Source: Octopus sinensis (Eukaryota). Taken from it: a stretch of 64,000 nt of DNA. The DNA lies in NCBI RefSeq assembly GCF_006345805.1, contig NC_043000.1, positions 111,476,001 through 111,540,000 on the forward strand, in the 5' to 3' direction. Positions 22,147 to 36,099 of this stretch are shown here, piece by piece (the first letter of the stretch is position 1; every line of letters starts with the position of its first letter). Below the pieces are notes generated by a model that searched no databases, was not told the origin of the DNA, and was given only the letters and a program-made list of their open reading frames with translations. The position numbers were made by a program, and so were the translations under genes.

Positions 22147-22238
22147 ACGATGATGATGATGATGATGAGGAGGAGGAGGAGGAGGAGGGGGAAGATGGTG
22201 ATGAGGATGATGATGACGACGACGACGACGACGACGAC

Positions 22239-22328
<90 letters not shown>

Positions 22329-22494
22329 AATGATGATGATGATGACGTTGATGATGGTGATGAAGATGAGGAGGAGGGGGAGGAAAATGGTGATGATGAT
22401 GATGACGACGATGATGATGATGATGATGACGATGATGATGATGATGAAGATGACGATGACGATGATGATGAGGAGGTGAGGATGGTGATAATGG

Positions 22495-22527
<33 letters not shown>
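22147..22527. repeat. Compound trinucleotide microsatellite (GAT/GAC/GAG)n
   Basis: Direct inspection. Confidence 0.95.
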
Positions 22528-22528
<1 letters not shown>

Positions 22529-22837
22529 CCTTTCCTCTATAGGCAAAAGGCCTGGAATTTTGTGGGAGGGGGATAGCTGGTCACTTCGAGCCCTGTGCTC
22601 AATTGGTAATTTGTTTTATCGACTTCGAAAAGTTGAGAGGCGAAGTCGAACTTAGCGTAATTTGAACTCAGGACCATAAAGATGGACGAAATGCCGGGAT
22701 TAAACAAGAACAGCAACAACAAACCTTGTTCTTTATTAACCTGATTACAATATTTTTAGTTTTGGGTAACAAAAAAAAAAATGAAAAATAGAGTGGCCTC
22801 CCCTGGATCATCATCATCCTGACATTTTGGGGAAAGG

Positions 22838-23072
22838 ATCAAGTCGATCACATCGATCCAGTACGCAACTGGTACTTAATTTATCGACTCCGAAAGAATG
22901 AAAAGCAAAGTCGACCTCGGCGGAATTTGAACTCAGAATGTAGCGGCAGACGAAATACCTATTTCTTTACTATCCACAAGGGGCTTAAACACAGAGGGGA
23001 CAAACAAGGACAGACAAACGGATTAAGTCGATTATATGGACCTCAGTACGCAACTGGTACTTAATTTATCGA
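22838..23072 (-). mobile_element. SINE family B with duplicated core
   Basis: TACGCAACTGGTACTTAATTTATCGAC occurs twice. Confidence 0.8.
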
Positions 23073-23104
23073 CCCTGCACGCACTGGCGTCGATTAAATC
23101 AATC

Positions 23105-23425
23105 CTGTCCTTGCGACAATTTCAAAAGTGGATGAAATTGTCGGAATAACTGATGTCGCTAAAGACGCAATAAGTTGAATTTCTTTTGATTTCGTAGTTA
23201 CAGTGATATGAAGAAAACCTGGGTAAATTAGAGGAGCTGTTTGTTGTAGCTGTAATTGTTGTGGCAGAATTGGCTGCTGCTGACCCGGTCATCCACTGTG
23301 TTGAATTAAGGAGTGGCTGACGCTGGGGTCAGTTGTTGTTGTTGTGTTGTTGTTGTTGTTGTTGTGGTGGTGGTGGTGGGGTTTTGGCGACGGCGGCGGT
23401 TGTGCTGGTGATTGTCGTTGCTGTT
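23105..23425 (-). repeat. Inverted-duplication arm (partner 19955-20255)
   Basis: Reverse complement of 19955-20255. Confidence 0.85.
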
Positions 23426-23569
23426 GAAAAGTATGTGAAGAAATGTGAAAAAAAATAACCGAAAAATATAAGCATGGGGCTTTTGGTCACTTTCACACTT
23501 TAAGTAGGGGCTTTTGTCTGTACCCTTGTTCAGCACCCCCAGCTATCAAGATAGCACCCCCAGTTGCAA

Positions 23570-24130
23570 TCGACTGCCTACGTGGCTGCATCGTCTTACT
23601 TTATATATTGCATCGTCTGCAAAACTTCGCGGCGCTTTTGACAGGAAACAGACCATCGCTTTGCTGAACACTTTTGAGATTACATTCGAAGCGTATTACT
23701 ACGAATACCAAGCCAAGCTGTAGCCACCCGCTTCAACATGCCGGGTCGTTTCATCTCTCACTTATCAGTATGCAGCATCTGCGCACACAATGGATTCACA
23801 TTCTCAAATCAAACAAAAGGAACAACGTTCATATTTTCAAACTTGGAATCAAGTTTCAACGAGCGTTTTCATTTCTGCTCCTCCACCAATTTTGATCAAT
23901 AAACTCCTTTCTGATCCTTCAACTCCCCTCTCACCTCATCTCTTCCCTTCATACCACTCTCGCCTTCGTCTGCTTGTCCTTCTCATGCTATTCCTCCTCC
24001 TTTCTTCTTCTCTCATACCGGATCTCTTTTTTTACAATTTCTTCCTTGAAGAACGACTTTGTCCGAAACGTTGCATCTCCCACTCCGACAACCATTTCTT
24101 CTGTACTCTTTTTATTGATCTATACTAAAT
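23570..24130 (+). mobile_element. Penelope-like GIY-YIG remnant with a degenerate hammerhead at 24044-24075
   Basis: YCIVCK..EHF..ATRFNMPG..KQKEQR.IFKLG remnants; CTTGAAGA-ACGAC-TTT-GTCC-GAAACGTT. Confidence 0.65.
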
Positions 24131-24729
24131 CATAAAGTATAATCCGACTCGTGGTGATTATCGTTGGTAAAAAATATATTTTGGTGATGTTTGCAAGTTG
24201 CGGAGAGAAGAGAAATATTTTTATATTTCCCTTTAAATGGAACGAAGAATTTTATCTGGAACGTCAGAAGTATTTTCGTCATCTTCTAGCCGAGTGATCT
24301 TCTCCAAATTTCCAAACTTTACTTGTTTAGTTCTTCAGATTATTTCAACCATCCGGATTAAGAGAGTCAGGTTTATTACAATCAATATTACTACAGGCAG
24401 GCTGCTAACATGACAGGGAAGATTTAAAAGAAAGAAAAAAATGACTTTGTCTTCTCAGACGAATGTTTCATCAGCTTAAGTATCGCTCGAAGTTGTTGTT
24501 GTTGTTGTTGGTTGTGGTGATGGTGGCATTGTTATTGGTGCTGTTGAATTTATTATTGGCGGCAGTGGCGGTGGCGGCGGCGGCGGCGGCGGTGTGGTGG
24601 TGGTGGTGGTGGTCGTCGTCATCGTGGAGATCATGTTAATATGGTTGCTGTTGTTTGTGTTATTGCTGTTATTCTTGTTGTTGTGGCTGTTGTTGCCTCA
24701 GATGTACTTGCTGCGGCTGTTGTTGCTGA

Positions 24730-24760
<31 letters not shown>

Positions 24761-24789
24761 GGTTGTTTGTTGTTGTTGCTGCTGCTGCT

Positions 24790-24975
24790 GTTAAGCAACA
24801 AGACGGGTAAGGGTGATTAGGTGATGGTCTAGAGTTTAGGGGCGGGAGACCCCAGACCTTGGGAAAAAAAAAAAACTTCGGTCGTCTTGTTGTAGTCGAG
24901 GGCTCTTCGTTGACGCCCGACACCACTGGGAGGTGGCCCTCGAAGCCGCTGGAAATGGAGATCTCGAACGGTTGT
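24790..24975 (-). repeat. Inverted-duplication arm (partner 20895-21085)
   Basis: Reverse complement of 20895-21085. Confidence 0.8.
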
Positions 24976-25639
24976 TGTTGCTGCTGTTGATGATAATGAT
25001 GTTGTTGTGACGGTGGTATTGAACTTCAGCTTAATTCTGCTGACTAAAGCTTCTTCAACCGTGACCATCCCATCTATTTCCTATATTTAGAAGGCCCAGG
25101 GACCACATATGATCTGATGTACTCTCTTTTAAGATGGTAGGGTGTGATTTAGAGGGAATTTGGCTGCTATTTCCAGCAGATTGGACTTACAATTAGAAAC
25201 GACCTCGTTGGATTGTTCCCTAAAGTGGAAAGAGAATGGCAGGGTGGGGGGAGGATGAGAGAGAGAGAGAGAGAGTGTGTGTGTGTGTGACAAGCTCCAC
25301 ACCAGTGAATAATGACTGAAGACTGTTGTTCTGTCAACAGGTTCGAAGAGGAATGAAGGAAAGAAAGAAGCGGGAAAGAAAGGGTCCATGAGCCTGCAAC
25401 GGAGAGCTGTCGGGGTTTCCTGGGGAACAGAGGTTTCTAGGGGACATTGGGAGATGATTCTCTCTGGGACATTTATTGTCCTTTGTTATATTTACGCACA
25501 CACGCACACACACCACCACCAGCACCACCACCACAATACACGTGCGCGGACATTATCTTATACATTTGCATACAACTTCATTCATACAAAACAAAAACAC
25601 ACACTTTCATTTGCTTGATAATTGCCTTTCGTCATTCTG

Positions 25640-25651
25640 CCACATATATAT

Positions 25652-25699
<48 letters not shown>

Positions 25700-25781
25700 G
25701 TATAATGTATACATACATACATATATATATATAATATATATATATACATAAATACAGACATACATACATATACATACATAC

Positions 25782-25830
<49 letters not shown>

Positions 25831-25874
25831 ATATATATATGCTTATATATTATATTATGCTTATGTACATTATA

Positions 25875-25964
<90 letters not shown>

Positions 25965-26030
25965 AATATATATGTATATATATAGATATATATTATATAT
26001 ACATATTATACATATATACACATACATACA

Positions 26031-26062
<32 letters not shown>

Positions 26063-26549
26063 GTGATGCATATTAGTGCATTTTGTATGTATCTGTATGA
26101 ATTTGAGAGAGCTAGTATGTGTGTGTGTGTTTTTGTGTGTGTGTGTGTGTCTGTGTGCGTGTGTGTCTTTATGCGTCTGCTTCGTGAAAACTTCTGCCCA
26201 ACCGAACAAAGTGTGGCATTTTAAAGTTTATGCTGACATTTCTTCAGCTTTGAGTCATCCTCGTTGGTGTGGCGAAGGGTGGGGGCTGGAGGGAAGGGGG
26301 GATAATGGGGAAGGGGTGATAATGGGGAAGGGATGAGAAAGAGAGGAGGGCAGTGAGAGAGACAGAGTTGAGAGAGGGGGGAGCAAGAGGGAGAGAAATG
26401 GGGGAAATACTTTTCAAAAGGTAAACATGGAAAGATAAAAAGTTAGCATAACACACGCACACATATGTGCATACAAATGTATCTACATGCGTGCATGAAT
26501 ATACATACATGAATATATATACACACACACACACCACACACATATAATT

Positions 26550-26593
<44 letters not shown>

Positions 26594-27300
26594 TATATAT
26601 ACACATAACACACACACATACATGTATATATACATTAAAAAACAATATGTATATATTTAATAAATATGCATATATTTGTGTGTGTATGTATGTATAGATA
26701 TATACATATACATATATATATATACACATATATACATACATACATATATACAAATATATATTCAGCCATGAAACGATCGTAGTGTTATATTAATTATCTT
26801 TTTTAATAATTTTGATATATATTTAAATAATATAAATTAATTAATCTTATGTATTGACTTAAGTTTTTCATTGTATGATTTGCCTAATAGTGGTTTTATC
26901 TCTAATTTAATATAATATAATATTTTACTATAAAATTGGATTCAATCCTAAATCTGATTTTTCCCTGTAAGTTTGGATTTATTCCCTAATATTTTATTAT
27001 ATATATATATATATATGTGAAATATATTTATATATATGTATGTATATGTGTCTATATATATATGTATATGTATATATCTATACATACATACACACACCTA
27101 CACACATATAGTTACACATACATTCATACATACATTCATACATACATACATGCATACATACATACATACATACATACATACATACATACATGTATGCATA
27201 CATACATACGTACGTACATACATACATACATACATACATACATACATACATACATACATACATACATACATACATACATACATACATACACACAGATATG
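25640..27300. repeat. Large compound microsatellite field (CA, TA, TACA) with a purine-rich spacer
   Basis: Direct inspection. Confidence 0.9.
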
Positions 27301-27545
27301 GATAAAATCTGATATGCATCAGCCATTACAATAAATTCGGATACAATTTGTTCTTTATCAGCGCTGCATTGGAAGTTTCTTGTAGACTAAAAATAAATGG
27401 TTTGTAGTAAATCATTGAAGATCATATTCTTTAAATATTTTGATACTGTCTAGAACAAGAGAGTCTTGAAGACAAACTTGCAGATAAAATACAGAAGTCC
27501 TGAATATGTTTCGGAAAAATACGATCTTCACTATGGTGTCAACAA

Positions 27546-27562
27546 TATCTATCTATCTATCA

Positions 27563-27646
<84 letters not shown>

Positions 27647-27741
27647 GTCTCTCTGTATGTCTGTCTGTCTGTCTGTTTATCTGTTTGTCTGTCTACATAC
27701 ACACACACATATATATACATCCATCCCTTTCTCTATTTCTA

Positions 27742-27824
<83 letters not shown>

Positions 27825-27825
27825 T
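27546..27825. repeat. (TCTA)n/(TCTG)n microsatellite
   Basis: Direct inspection. Confidence 0.95.
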
Positions 27826-28129
27826 GTCAATAAATATGCTATACCATAATGAAGGAAGCTGTTTTACAGTTTGTTTGGAATATGTAGCTTTTTAAAAAAG
27901 AAGACATTAAAGCCTACGCTGTCTATAAAATTCTTAAAAATACTAATTTTAGCATTTTTTTTTATCAAAATGTAGTTTTCAAACTTCTTTCATTGGGTTG
28001 GCAAAGAAGTGATTTCGATTTTTTAGTGTGATAAAAACTCATTTTTTTAAACACAAATAATGAACTTTAATCCTTTATATGTTTTTCATGGCAACTTCAT
28101 GATTCTGCGCTCATAGCACTTCTGATCTT

Positions 28130-28310
28130 TATCAGCCAAAAACTGAAGCTTTTGGTCCGTCCTTACGTTCTGAGTTCAAATTCCGCTGAGGTCGATTTGC
28201 ATTTCATTCTTTCGGGGTGGATGAATTAAGAGGCAGTGAAACACTGGGGGTTGATGTAATTAACTTGTCCCCTCCGCCAAAATTTCAGGCTTTGTACCTA
28301 CTTGTAGAAG
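28130..28310 (+). mobile_element. SINE family B
   Basis: Shared core; other copies at 37495-37680 (-), 54008-54165 (-) and 63760-63900 (+). Confidence 0.7.
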
Positions 28311-28369
28311 GGATTATTATTAATATAATTATTATTGGTGATGTGACTGAGGTTCGGTCTTATTCCTGG

Positions 28370-28635
28370 CTGAATTCATTCGGGTAGCAGGTTATTAACT
28401 GTAACCTCAGGTACCCTCAAGCTTTCAATAGTCTTTCAAGTGCTTAAGACGCTCCTGATAATCTTTCCTGTCTCTAAGAGGCAAACTTTCTGTAGAAGCT
28501 CTACAAGACATTCTATTCCAATCTCCTTCAACCATTTCTCTATATCTCTACTCACAGTTCCCAATGCGCCAATTATTATAGGAACAACCTCCACAGATTT
28601 CAGACTCCAATTCCTTGCAACTTTAAATTTCAAGT
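28370..28635 (-). mobile_element. R4/Dong-like (RLE-type) non-LTR 3' remnant
   Basis: WSLKSVEVVPIIIGALGTV..LLQKVCLLETGKIIRSVL matches the restriction-like endonuclease C-terminus (V.PvviGalG...lQk..llgta.ilR). Confidence 0.75.
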
Positions 28636-28962
28636 TCTACCAATCCTACTAGTACAATGGGCGAAATGGTGACAGAATGGTAGAATTGGTGGAGCAACGA
28701 AGAGAATGACTTTGCGGTATTTAGTAGTTTTTATTTTGAGTTAAAATTCCAGTAACGTCAACCTTTTCGTTACGGAATCGAGAAAATAATTAACACTCAA
28801 TCGAACGTTCCTTCAAAGGAAAAGAAGGCTATCCTTCGGGGATGGTATATCAAAACTAAAACATACACAGACAAAAAAATCACATAAACATAAGCCATCC
28901 GCATGACAAAAATATATATATATATATATATGTCGTATATATGTATATATATTATATATATA

Positions 28963-29004
<42 letters not shown>

Positions 29005-29029
29005 TTATATATAATATATATGTATGTGT

Positions 29030-29237
29030 GTATTGTGTGTCTGTGTTTGTCCCTCTAGCATTGCTTGACAACCGATGCTGGTGTGTTTATGTCCCCTTAC
29101 TTAGCGGTTCGACAAAAGAGACAGATAGAATAAGACTGGGCTTACAAAAAGAATAAGTCCCGGGGTCGAGTTGCTCGATTAAAGGCGGTGCTCCAGCATG
29201 GCCGCAGTCAAATGACTGAAACAAGTAAAAGAGTAAA
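29030..29237 (+). mobile_element. SINE family A, 3' half
   Basis: GCTTGACAACCGATGCTGGTGTG..GACTGAAACAAGTAAAA. Confidence 0.8.
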
Positions 29238-29859
29238 AGTGTATTAAAGAAATGGAATTCTGCTACGGAAGCTGCCGAACAAATAGTTTCAGTTTTGATA
29301 TACTATCTCCGTAGGATCGCCGAAAAGAAAAATAAATTTGAGATTTTTGTTAGATTTCACTGAGGATGGAGAAAGTGATAATAACGGTGATTGACTAAAC
29401 GGGATGGATATTAAGCTACGCTTCTTTAGGTTCTGCGTTCGAATTTCACCGACGTCAGCCTATCGTTATTAAACCCATTGTTGTTCGGAGACCTCGATCG
29501 TATAATCCACATCCAGATATGGCCATTCCATCATTTAGTCTGACATTTTACATCTAGATCAACATTACTGGCCGTGTGACTTCCTATTTCAATATAGCGG
29601 GGTGTAATTTGAGAGAAATTTGGTTGCTGTTTCTAGTATGCCTGGTGATCACTGGGTGACCCCTCGTTCTACCAAGCTGGTTGTGAAGTTAACATAATCA
29701 ACTGTTGACTTCTCCAGAAACGTTTTTGATTCTGGCTAAATTAGAAACCCTTATTGCATTCAACTGTTTTTTTCTATTTTCAAATCTACTTAACCACTTA
29801 AGTAACTCATTAATTACACATCTTAACTGAAGGGCTTCAAAATTATACTCGTATGCATG

Positions 29860-29980
29860 TAGTTATGTATGTCTGTATACGTATGTAATGTATGTATATA
29901 TGTATGTATACGTATGTGTGTATGTATGTATACGTATGTGTGTATGTGTGCGTGCGTGTGTGCGTGCGTGTGTGCCTGTG

Positions 29981-30012
<32 letters not shown>

Positions 30013-30540
30013 TGTATGTATGTATGTATGTATGTATGTATGTATGTGTGTATGTATGTATCTAGGTAGGTCGGTAGGTAGGTAGGTAGGTAGGTAGGTA
30101 GATAGGTAGGTAGGTAGGTATATATGTACATATACATGTGCGTATGTATGTATGTATGTATGATGTATGTATGTATGTATGTGTGTATGTATGTATGTGT
30201 GTATGTATGTATGTATGTATGTATGTATGTATGTATGTATGTATGTATGTATGTATGTATGTATGTATGCATTATGCTTGTATGCATGTAAGCATGTATG
30301 TATGCATGTGTGCGTCTGTATGGATATGCATATATGTGTTTATATATTTATATATACATATTCATGCATACAAACATACGTATATACATACATGCATACA
30401 CACACACACATATACACACACATATGTATATATATGTATATATATATATATAAACACATTTATCTTTGCATGTATGAGTGTGTGTGTGTGTGTGTGTGTG
30501 TCCGTGTGTGTCCGCGCGCGCGCGTGTGTGTGTGTGTGTG
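29860..30540. repeat. Compound (TATG)n/(TAGG)n/(TG)n microsatellite
   Basis: Direct inspection. Confidence 0.95.
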
Positions 30541-31291
30541 GTAATTTTTTTCCTTTTAGTAAATTAAATTCCTTCTCTATCAACGGAAAATCTCTCAATA
30601 AATAAGATACGAAGCAAACTCCACACCAGCAACATTAGAGACTTTCATAAAGTCTTAAATGTCTTTACTGTACCACTTACAAGCTTTAGTCTTAGTATGT
30701 TTCCACGTCACGGGATGATGGAGTGTCAGAGTCGGTAGAGCATCGGACAAAATAATTTGTGACTTTTAGTTACGGCCATTTACGTTCTGATTTCAGATCT
30801 CACCGTTATTGAATTTACAATCCTCCTCCCCTCCTTCTATCCTCCTCCTCCACTTCCTCCCTCTCTCCCTACGTCATCTTCCATTCCTCCCCTTCTCTTC
30901 CCCTCCCTCCTCAATCTCTTCTATATTATCTAGAAAGTATGCGTATAGCAGATGTACTGTCCAATGTGTTTCCCTGGGATCTTCACAGCATTTCGCATTG
31001 TTTGTTTAATCTTACACGTCTTTCAACATTATCGCATATTTTTCGTTTCTAACGGAGACTGCCATCCGTAACCAACACGTCAGTTAGCTGTAGAACTGAT
31101 CAGAACTCGAAGTACTCCTGCAATGCTAACACCTTCCAGGAATTGCTGTTCAAAATTCTCCATGTCACTCAATCTCTTCCTCAAAATTCTACTCATTTAT
31201 TTCGACCCTTAAACTTTCATTCAGTGCCTTACTCAGTCTGTCGCCTCTTCTTTCTATCTATCTATCGCTTTGTCTTTCACTTTCTCTCTCT

Positions 31292-31323
<32 letters not shown>

Positions 31324-31627
31324 TCACGTGATCACGTGACCGACCAGACCATCAGATGTTGTTACACATCGCTGGTCACAATGCGTTCGCATTGTTTTAG
31401 CCTTCGAATGACGCCACCCCGCTGGCTAAGCGAGCAGGCCAACAGAAGAAAGAGTGAGAGAAAGTGTGGTGAAAGAGTACAGCAGGGATCACCACCCCCT
31501 GCCGGAGCCTCGTGGAGCTTTTAGGTGTTTTCGCTCAATAAACACTCACAACGCCCGGTCTAGGAATCGAAACCGCGATCCTACGACCGCGAGTCCGCTG
31601 CCCTAACCACTGGGCCATTGCGCCTCC
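31324..31627 (-). mobile_element. Well-preserved tRNA(Arg)-like SINE
   Basis: Head TGGCCCAGTGG (A box), GACTCGCGGTC anticodon-like loop (TCG), GTTTCGATTCC (B box); ends ..GTCACGTGATCACGTGA next to a TA microsatellite. Confidence 0.8.
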
Positions 31628-32285
31628 ACATATATGTATGTATGTATGTATGTATATATACAGTCAGTCTGTCAGTCCGTCTTTCTACCTCTCTGTCACT
31701 CTATCAATCTGTGTGTGTTTACGTGCGTGTGTGTGCATGTGTGTGTGGTGTGGTGTGTTTGTGTGTGGTGTGTGTTTATGTGTGTACGTGTGTATGTGTG
31801 TATGTGTGCGTGCGTGTGTGTGTGTGTCGTATCTTTCTAGTCCTTGGTATGACTTCACACAATATCCAGTGTGGGGGAACTGCTTCGGAAGTTCCAAGGT
31901 TTTGAAGAGTGTGGAACCACCTATTAGCCCCAATTGTTCCCAGGTCTTCTCTGGGGATAATAGCGGCTAGAAAGTGTTTCCACACTTGTCAAGGTCCCAG
32001 CTATGGACTAATTAGCAAATCAGTCGGGCAGTTGGAACACGTTACCCGGGGTAGGAGTGGGGATGGAAAACCTGGATTTCAAATCTCTACTGCTTTGCGA
32101 CCAACCAATCCATGGAAAGGTATCAGGAGTAAAACCCGAAAAAATCAAGAATCGGAGTCTCAGAGGAATTAATATTCAAAACTTTCTATGATACAACATT
32201 TACAGGGCACTTATACTGTTGTTCTGGCAATTCCTGGTACCAAATTGTAACTGTTGCGTTGTTCCTTTGGATCCATCAGTGACGT

Positions 32286-32378
<93 letters not shown>

Positions 32379-32564
32379 TTGGGAGAACAAGCTGCATGGA
32401 CAACAAACTGTCCGTCATGCCATACTGGCTAGGCTTGGATCTTTTTGAACGGCCTATAACTGGAGAGACAAAACCAGACGACAGATCCCCAAGGGAACAC
32501 TACAGTAGTGGTTCTCAAGCATGATCCATATGGCCCATGGGGACCCATATGAGATTTTGTTGAT

Positions 32565-32660
32565 AAAATTTGTTGTTAAAATTAGCTAAGATTTATTAAA
32601 ATTTGTTAAGATTTGTTAAAATTTGTTAAAATTTGTTAAAATTTGTTGTTAAAATTTGCG
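32565..32660. repeat. 10-bp minisatellite (AAAATTTGTT)n
   Basis: Direct inspection. Confidence 0.8.
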
Positions 32661-32850
32661 CAATAAATTGCTTAGACTCTTACAACACTCAAAACATTCT
32701 AAATTCTTTTATACAATTCCAAATATTTAATTATAAAAACACAGTAAGATTTTTTAATATACATACATCAAATGGCTATGGAGGCCCAGTTGAGTGGAAT
32801 AGAAATCAAAGGAGTCTCCCCTCTCACGTAGAAAGCGCTATTCAATAGAG

Positions 32851-32890
<40 letters not shown>

Positions 32891-33311
32891 GAGGAGGAGG
32901 AGGAGGAGGAGGAGCGGTAGTAGCGGAGAGAAGAAATGGGAGGTGGAAAGAAGGAAAATCGAGAGAGGTGTATTAGGGGGGTTACTAAAGGGGAGGCGAA
33001 GACGGGGGTAGAAAGGCTATGAAAGAGGAGTGGGAGGGGAGCTATTGGAGGAGTGGGGTTGTGAGAGGTGTCACACGACAGGAGTTTGGGTGATTGTAAA
33101 AGGACCTACTTTGACCAGTATAGAATGAAGTGACCACTTGACCTACTTCGGACTTATTGAAGACAGAACTTAAAAGCACCGAGGAGAGACAACTATACGG
33201 ACGGCATTACAGAATCATCATCATCATCAACAACCCCGCCGCCGCCGCCGCCACCATAAGAAATACTTAATGTGTATGCGTATATAAACAGAACAAAGCA
33301 TGTAAAACGCA

Positions 33312-34187
33312 TAAAGGGTGTTCGGGATAAATTTGACGACCTCTTTATGGTCTCCTTGTTTATTTATTTCATTTTTTCAGGAAGAGTCAATAGTGAAGAG
33401 TCAACGGCGTCGGAGATAATAAAGATCAAAGTTGTTGTTGAGTAAAAGTTAGCTTAAATGAAGGACCGGAAGCCATCTGGATATTAGGAAAGAGTATCGG
33501 AAGCCATCTGGATACTAGGAAAGAGTTGCCTGTCTCATGATGCCGACACACATGACTGCTGCTCTTCAATGTTCTGTGAACACTGCAAAGGTTGTAAGAT
33601 GTGACATAGACAGCTGCAATGGAGACTACGAAGCCGTGGCCACCACGAAGGGACACGGTGGAAGTTCTGACTGCTTCCGCACGCCGCAATTCATGGCCAC
33701 ATCTTTGAACAGGGCCTTTAGCTCAATTGAAGCTGCTGGAGAGTGTTACTGCTGGGAGGCCATATGTGTGGCAGCAGGATTTGGCTCCTTGCCATACCTC
33801 CAGAAACAAGCAGAAGTGACTGCAGCAGAATTTCTGGCCTCCTTATTCTCCCACTCGTAACCCCATGGATTACGAAGTATAAGGCATGGTTGAGAAAGAC
33901 ACCAACTGCTCTACACGCAACACTAAGGCCAACTGGTGGACAAAGACAAGGAAGTGTTTGAAGATCTTGCCAAGGATGCGTGAGGAACGCATGCGTCAGA
34001 TTCTAGAGCCGTCTTGAGGTTGTGGTGGAAGCTGAGGGTGGCTATTTTGAGTAAAATGTTATCTCCCGGCCATAGTCGAGTTATTTTTGATTTTTTGAAA
34101 ATATTAAAAATAATTTTATTTTTGGATGATATATTGTGATTTTCTTTTTTATTTTATTCAAACTGTCAAATTTATTCTGAACTCTAA
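33312..34187 (+). mobile_element. Internally deleted Tc1/mariner (maT/DD37D-like) element
   Basis: TIRs GTTCGGGATAAATTTGAC / GTCAAATTTATTCTGAAC; remnants GRPYVWQQD.AP.HTS, WPP.SP..NPMDY and RLEVVVEAEGGYFE. Confidence 0.8.
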
Positions 34188-34829
34188 ATACATATGTACT
34201 TGTATAAGATGTATATTTTGTATGTGCGTGTATATATGTATGTGTATATATATAAATGTGTGTGTGCGTGTCTAGTTTTCTGTCTACTCAATTCCACTTG
34301 CAAGCCGTTGGTCAAGCCGAGGTTATAGTATAAGACACGTGCTCTAAGGTGCTGACAAAGGGATCGAAACTTGACTGAGGTGATTGCGAAGCGAAATTCT
34401 TAACTGTACTTTTGTGTTATGCATTTATAGATCTTTTTACATACACGTGACCCCACAAAAAAACTTATATGTATATTTTTTTTTATAATTTAATTAGACG
34501 TCTTCAAGACAGTTCTCATGTTTTTTTCCTTTTTTGTTCAGTTTTGAAATCCTTCTTGGAATACATTTTCAGTGGTAGTGCACAGTTCTTGTAGTGAATT
34601 TACTTCACCTCTGTCTATCACCTGTAATCGTCAGCCTTTCCGAATGGATTTCAACCCTGGAGAAGAGGGAAAGACTAAAGTTGCTTCGTGCTTTGTCAAA
34701 AAGTCAGGGATTAAGAGAGAATGGCGTGCGATCACGTGACTTTTCGTGTTGCAGTTCCCAGGTTTGGTTTTGTCCATGCTTCAGGTCTCTTCCTCCGCAT
34801 TACTCATCCAAGCAGAACACTTTATTGTA

Positions 34830-34954
34830 CTTTTGCATTTCATATTTTCATTTAGATGTATTCTCACGGGTTTGTGCCGACATAATGACCAGTATGTGTG
34901 AACTGACACATACCACAACGAACTAAATTTAATAACTGATCGAGCACTTGTTCA
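34830..34954 (-). repeat. Inverted-repeat arm (partner 36202-36326)
   Basis: 125 bp, 5 mismatches. Confidence 0.9.
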
Positions 34955-34989
34955 TGTGGACGAAGTTCATGATGAATGATGCTTATTTA

Positions 34990-35620
34990 GGAAAAGAAAC
35001 TCGATCGACACCTTCTTCACTTCTCGTTTTTCTTCAGTTTGCGGTGACGACGATCCAACCCACCGTGATGAGTTTCTCTCTCTTCTGATATCGCAGATGT
35101 AGTCCCACGCTTCCTTGACTGTAACGACTCTCGCCAGAAACTTTCCATCGTAATTCTAATGATCAAATGACTCCCCACTGACAGTGACTCTCGATTCCCT
35201 TATTGTTCCTTTGCCAGCAAAATTGTAATGGCTTAATTCATGATGCATGTTTTTTCCTAATCATGTGGGATAAATTTTTACAGATGCTTATATCTTCGGA
35301 ACCTTCACGAAGAGTGAAGTGATGATTTTCAAGAATCACAGCACCTCCTTTCGCCGGGCCGCGGTCATATAAGGTCGTTCAGTTTTGAGATCGCCTTCAG
35401 TGGATCTTATTTCCAATTTGGAAAGCTGGTTTCACTGCATCACTTGTGACGTTGCCTTCAGCCCAAACAATTCTCCCCACAGACATGTTGCGACGTTAGA
35501 TAATCTCTGCAGAAGGTTTTTCCTACAATATGAAACAGAATATCGCACAAATACGTTTCCCTTCCAAATCTATTGTTTCACTTGCGACAAACAGGCGTTG
35601 ATTCTAGCACGTGACATGAT
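34990..35620 (-). mobile_element. Decayed mariner transposase (N-terminal half)
   Basis: KPSAEII, LENHHFTLRE and FL.RVVTVKEAW (cf. FLxRIVTGDExW) remnants. Confidence 0.6.
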
Positions 35621-36099
35621 GTGGCTGTTAGGAGACTGGAGGTCCAACTCACGCATATATGAAGACTATTGAAAACACGCCGCGCCGGATGATAGGCGCG
35701 TTGTTGCAAAAGTGCAGGTTTTTTTGAGAGAGAGAAATAGAGAGAGAGGGGGAGAGAGAAATAGAGAGAGAGAGAGAGTGAGAGAGAGGGGGAGAGCGAA
35801 AGAGACTTTAAACATACACACAGCTACGTACACATGTATATTATATAATAAATATATATTATATGCAATACAACATCATAGTCAATGAAATTACAAGATT
35901 TTCACATCTTATTTTTGTAATTTCACATTTCTACAAGTGCTTTCATGCTTTATAACAATCTTCATGTAAATGTATAGGTAGTAGCATTAACAATATAGAT
36001 GGCATTGCTATATAATAAATTACTTTCAATATCACATATTCTTCTAGTTTTTGTGTTTATAGACTGACTGATATGTATGAATTGACATGTACTACATAG

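Noticed and set aside
22025-22546. Poly-Ser / poly-Met-Thr ORFs
   Set aside because: These are translations of the (GAT/GAC)n microsatellite.
25632-30605. Numerous YI/HT/VC/YL-repeat ORFs here and at 17.4, 44.6, 46.5, 51.2 and 63.2 kb
   Set aside because: They are stop-free frames of di- and tetranucleotide microsatellites.
31555-31627. Functional tRNA-Arg gene (also 5331-5405 and 9785-9860)
   Set aside because: These have A/B boxes but no proper acceptor stem or cloverleaf, and they continue into SINE or repeat bodies.
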